Below, piece after piece: positions 61,708 to 64,000 of a stretch of DNA of 64,000 bases. Within the stretch, counting starts at the first letter, position 1, and the number at the start of each line of letters is the position of its first letter. The notes below the pieces were generated by a model. It did not search any database, was not told where the DNA came from, and saw only the letters and a list, made by a program, of their open reading frames with translations. Position numbers and translations under genes: made by a program. The stretch comes from Mobula hypostoma (Eukaryota), in contig NC_086107.1 in assembly GCF_963921235.1 (NCBI RefSeq), forward strand, positions 109,308,001-109,372,000. The letters are read 5' to 3'.

Positions 61708-63599
61708 GTAGGTTAAAGGTCAGGTAAGAGGTCGCTTTCAAGGACTCTTTACAACTTGTGTTCTCAGTATTGAGTTTTTTCACAATTTATCTTCTTTTCC
61801 TCATTGGTTGTTTGTCGGTATCTGAATCTTCTTTGTAAAATTTTGTTGTATTTCTTTTTTCCTGTAAATGCCTGCAAGGAAAAGGAATCTTTTATGAGGT
61901 AATATATGGTGATATATACATATACTTCTAACTTTTTGCGAAGTGTGTCTTGCATCTATTATAATACATCGCAGACACATCCCTCCCCACTGTCAGGCAC
62001 TGCCTCATGGAGGCAACGTCTATCATCAAAGATACCCATCACCTAAGCTGTTCCATCATCTCACAGCTAACACTGGACAGGAGGTACAGAGGTGCAAAGT
62101 CCCACACGCCACCAGGTTCAAGGACAGCTACTGCCCTTCATCCATTCTGTCCTTGAACCTACCTGCGCCCTGACCAGTACTTCAGCATAGCAGCACTATA
62201 AACACTTTGCTTCTTTTTTGAGGGAAATGGGTTGTTTCTCATCAAAAGTTCGTATCTTCTTCTTCCTTAAGCCCACCGCGCCTACGGTGGCATAGGCCGC
62301 CGAGAGCAGCTCACCAGAGCCCTCCGTCCTAGGCCGAAGGTTGATCAGCCCTCTGGCTTCTGCTTTCACCGCACAACCTCCCACGTCTTCTAGGCGAAGG
62401 TCCTTCCTCTTCCAGGAATGAGGTCTTTGGAGCTCCTGTTGGTGTTTCTGCAGCACAAACACGAGGGAATCTGCAGACGCTGGAAATCCGAGCAAAATGC
62501 TCAGAATGCTGGAGGAACTCGGCAGGCAGGCAGCATCTGTGGAAACAACTACAACCAGTCCTGCTGGAGGGTTTTTCAGCCAGAAATGTCGACTACTTTT
62601 TTCCATAGACGCTCCCTGGCCTGCCCAGTTCCTCCAGCATCTTGTGTGTGTTGCTCGGTGTTTCTGTAGCTCTTGAGTTTTTACTTGATGGGATTGCTAG
62701 CCCCATGCCCAACCCTCCTCTTTTCACAGCCGGGCTTAGGGCTGTCCATGGCAGAGTTAAACACTTTGTAGAGTTTATCTTTAATTTATGTTTTTCTTGT
62801 AAATGTTGCATATCTGATGCTATTTGCCTGTGATACTTCTCTAAGTAAGTTTCTTATTACATCTGTGCGCACACGTATATGACAATAAACTCCACTTTGA
62901 CTTCGGTCACAGCAAGCATTCTAAGACAGACGATTGCCTATTGTCTCCTGTTTCCATAGGTCAGTAAGTTGTTTTGTATCACTTTGTCCTGAGAGTAGAA
63001 AGATATGATTATGAGGACACGCAGTCCCCTTTTATTGTCATTTAGTAATGCATGCATTAAGAAATGATAAAAATGTTACCATGGCATCTGACATAAAACA
63101 ATAATATGGCATCTGGTTGATCAGAAATCCTGACAGTCCAGTATCTGACTCATTCATTGGTCCAGAATGAGCCTGGGGTCAAAGTGCAGTTGGGTGGAAT
63201 AGCTGCAGCCAGGGTACAGATTGTGGGTTGGGGTCCAGATACCAAGGCTCAGGTACCTGGGTTAATTTTCCAGATAGCTTGTGTCCTTCCTGCTCCCTTT
63301 ATGTTCACTATACTACTGTATTGTGTAGCATTTCATTACTTTTTTAAAATTATTTTACTTTGTTAAGATACAGCATTGTCCTTTGAGCTACACCATACAG
63401 CAATCCCCTAACTTAACCCTAGCCTAATCACAGGGCAATTATCAATGACCAATTAACCTACCAACCGGTACATCTTTGGACTGCTCTCCACAGTCCGTCT
63501 GTAGAGGATCCAATTGCAGAGGGAGGTGCAGAGGCCGGGATTTTGAAGCTGGTTGATGAGTACTGAGGATCTGACACTTGTGTTTTCCTCATTTCCCAG

Positions 63600-63697
63600 G
63601 AAGGTGTCAATGATGGACATGGCATCGGCATCTTCGGTTCAAGTAGTGTCCGTCATCGAGCCCATCATACAGAACGCGGACAGCATCTTCCCTGAAG
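63600..63697 (+). CDS. SH3BP1: SH3BP1-like exon 15 (KVSMMDMASASSVQVVSVIEPIIQNADSIFPE); gene continues beyond window
   Basis: CCCAG acceptor, AAG|GTACG donor, 98 nt; resembles the end of the family RhoGAP domain. Confidence 0.93.
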
Positions 63698-64000
63698 GTA
63701 CGGCCCCATTTCGATTTATTCATTTGAGATAACAGCGCAGAATAGGTCTTTTCGGCCCTTCAAGTCGTGCCGTCCAGGAACCTCACAAGTAATCCTAGCC
63801 CAATCACAGGACAATTTACGAAGACCAATTAACCTACCAACCGGTACGTCTTTGGACTGTGGGAGGAAACCGGAACAGAACCAGAAAACCCACATGCTAC
63901 AGGCAGCAGCGGGAATCGAACCCAGGTCACTGCTACTGTAAAGTGTTATGCTAACCACTACGCTGCCGCCCCCTCCCCCCAATAGTATAATTTTAATAGA

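Noticed and set aside
63698..64000. BARGIN-type read-through splicing to PDXP
   Set aside because: Downstream exons lie outside the window; cannot be assessed

Overview
Eukaryotic vertebrate DNA, most likely from a cartilaginous fish (inferred from the repeat landscape: V-SINE/HE1-like, CR1, Rex-Babar and Penelope-like elements). The one host gene is on the + strand: a BAR-domain + RhoGAP gene of the SH3BP1/ARHGAP17/ARHGAP44 family, best called SH3BP1. I rebuilt 15 coding exons by hand (5673-63697, all GT-AG, phases consistent, 1360 nt, about 453 codons); the gene runs past the window end. Almost all other ORFs in the track are transposon remnants or spurious. The introns are dense with CR1, Rex-Babar, L1/Tx1 and RTE fragments, several SINE families, Tc1 and hAT derivatives, and at least four solo LTRs with exact target-site duplications (TSDs). 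The most notable non-coding signal is a dispersed set of minimal hammerhead-ribozyme motifs carried by two distinct Penelope-like (GIY-YIG) retroelement families, several of them in fold-back (inverted) arrangements. Repeat family names come from remembered motifs, not database searches, and repeat boundaries without a TSD are approximate.
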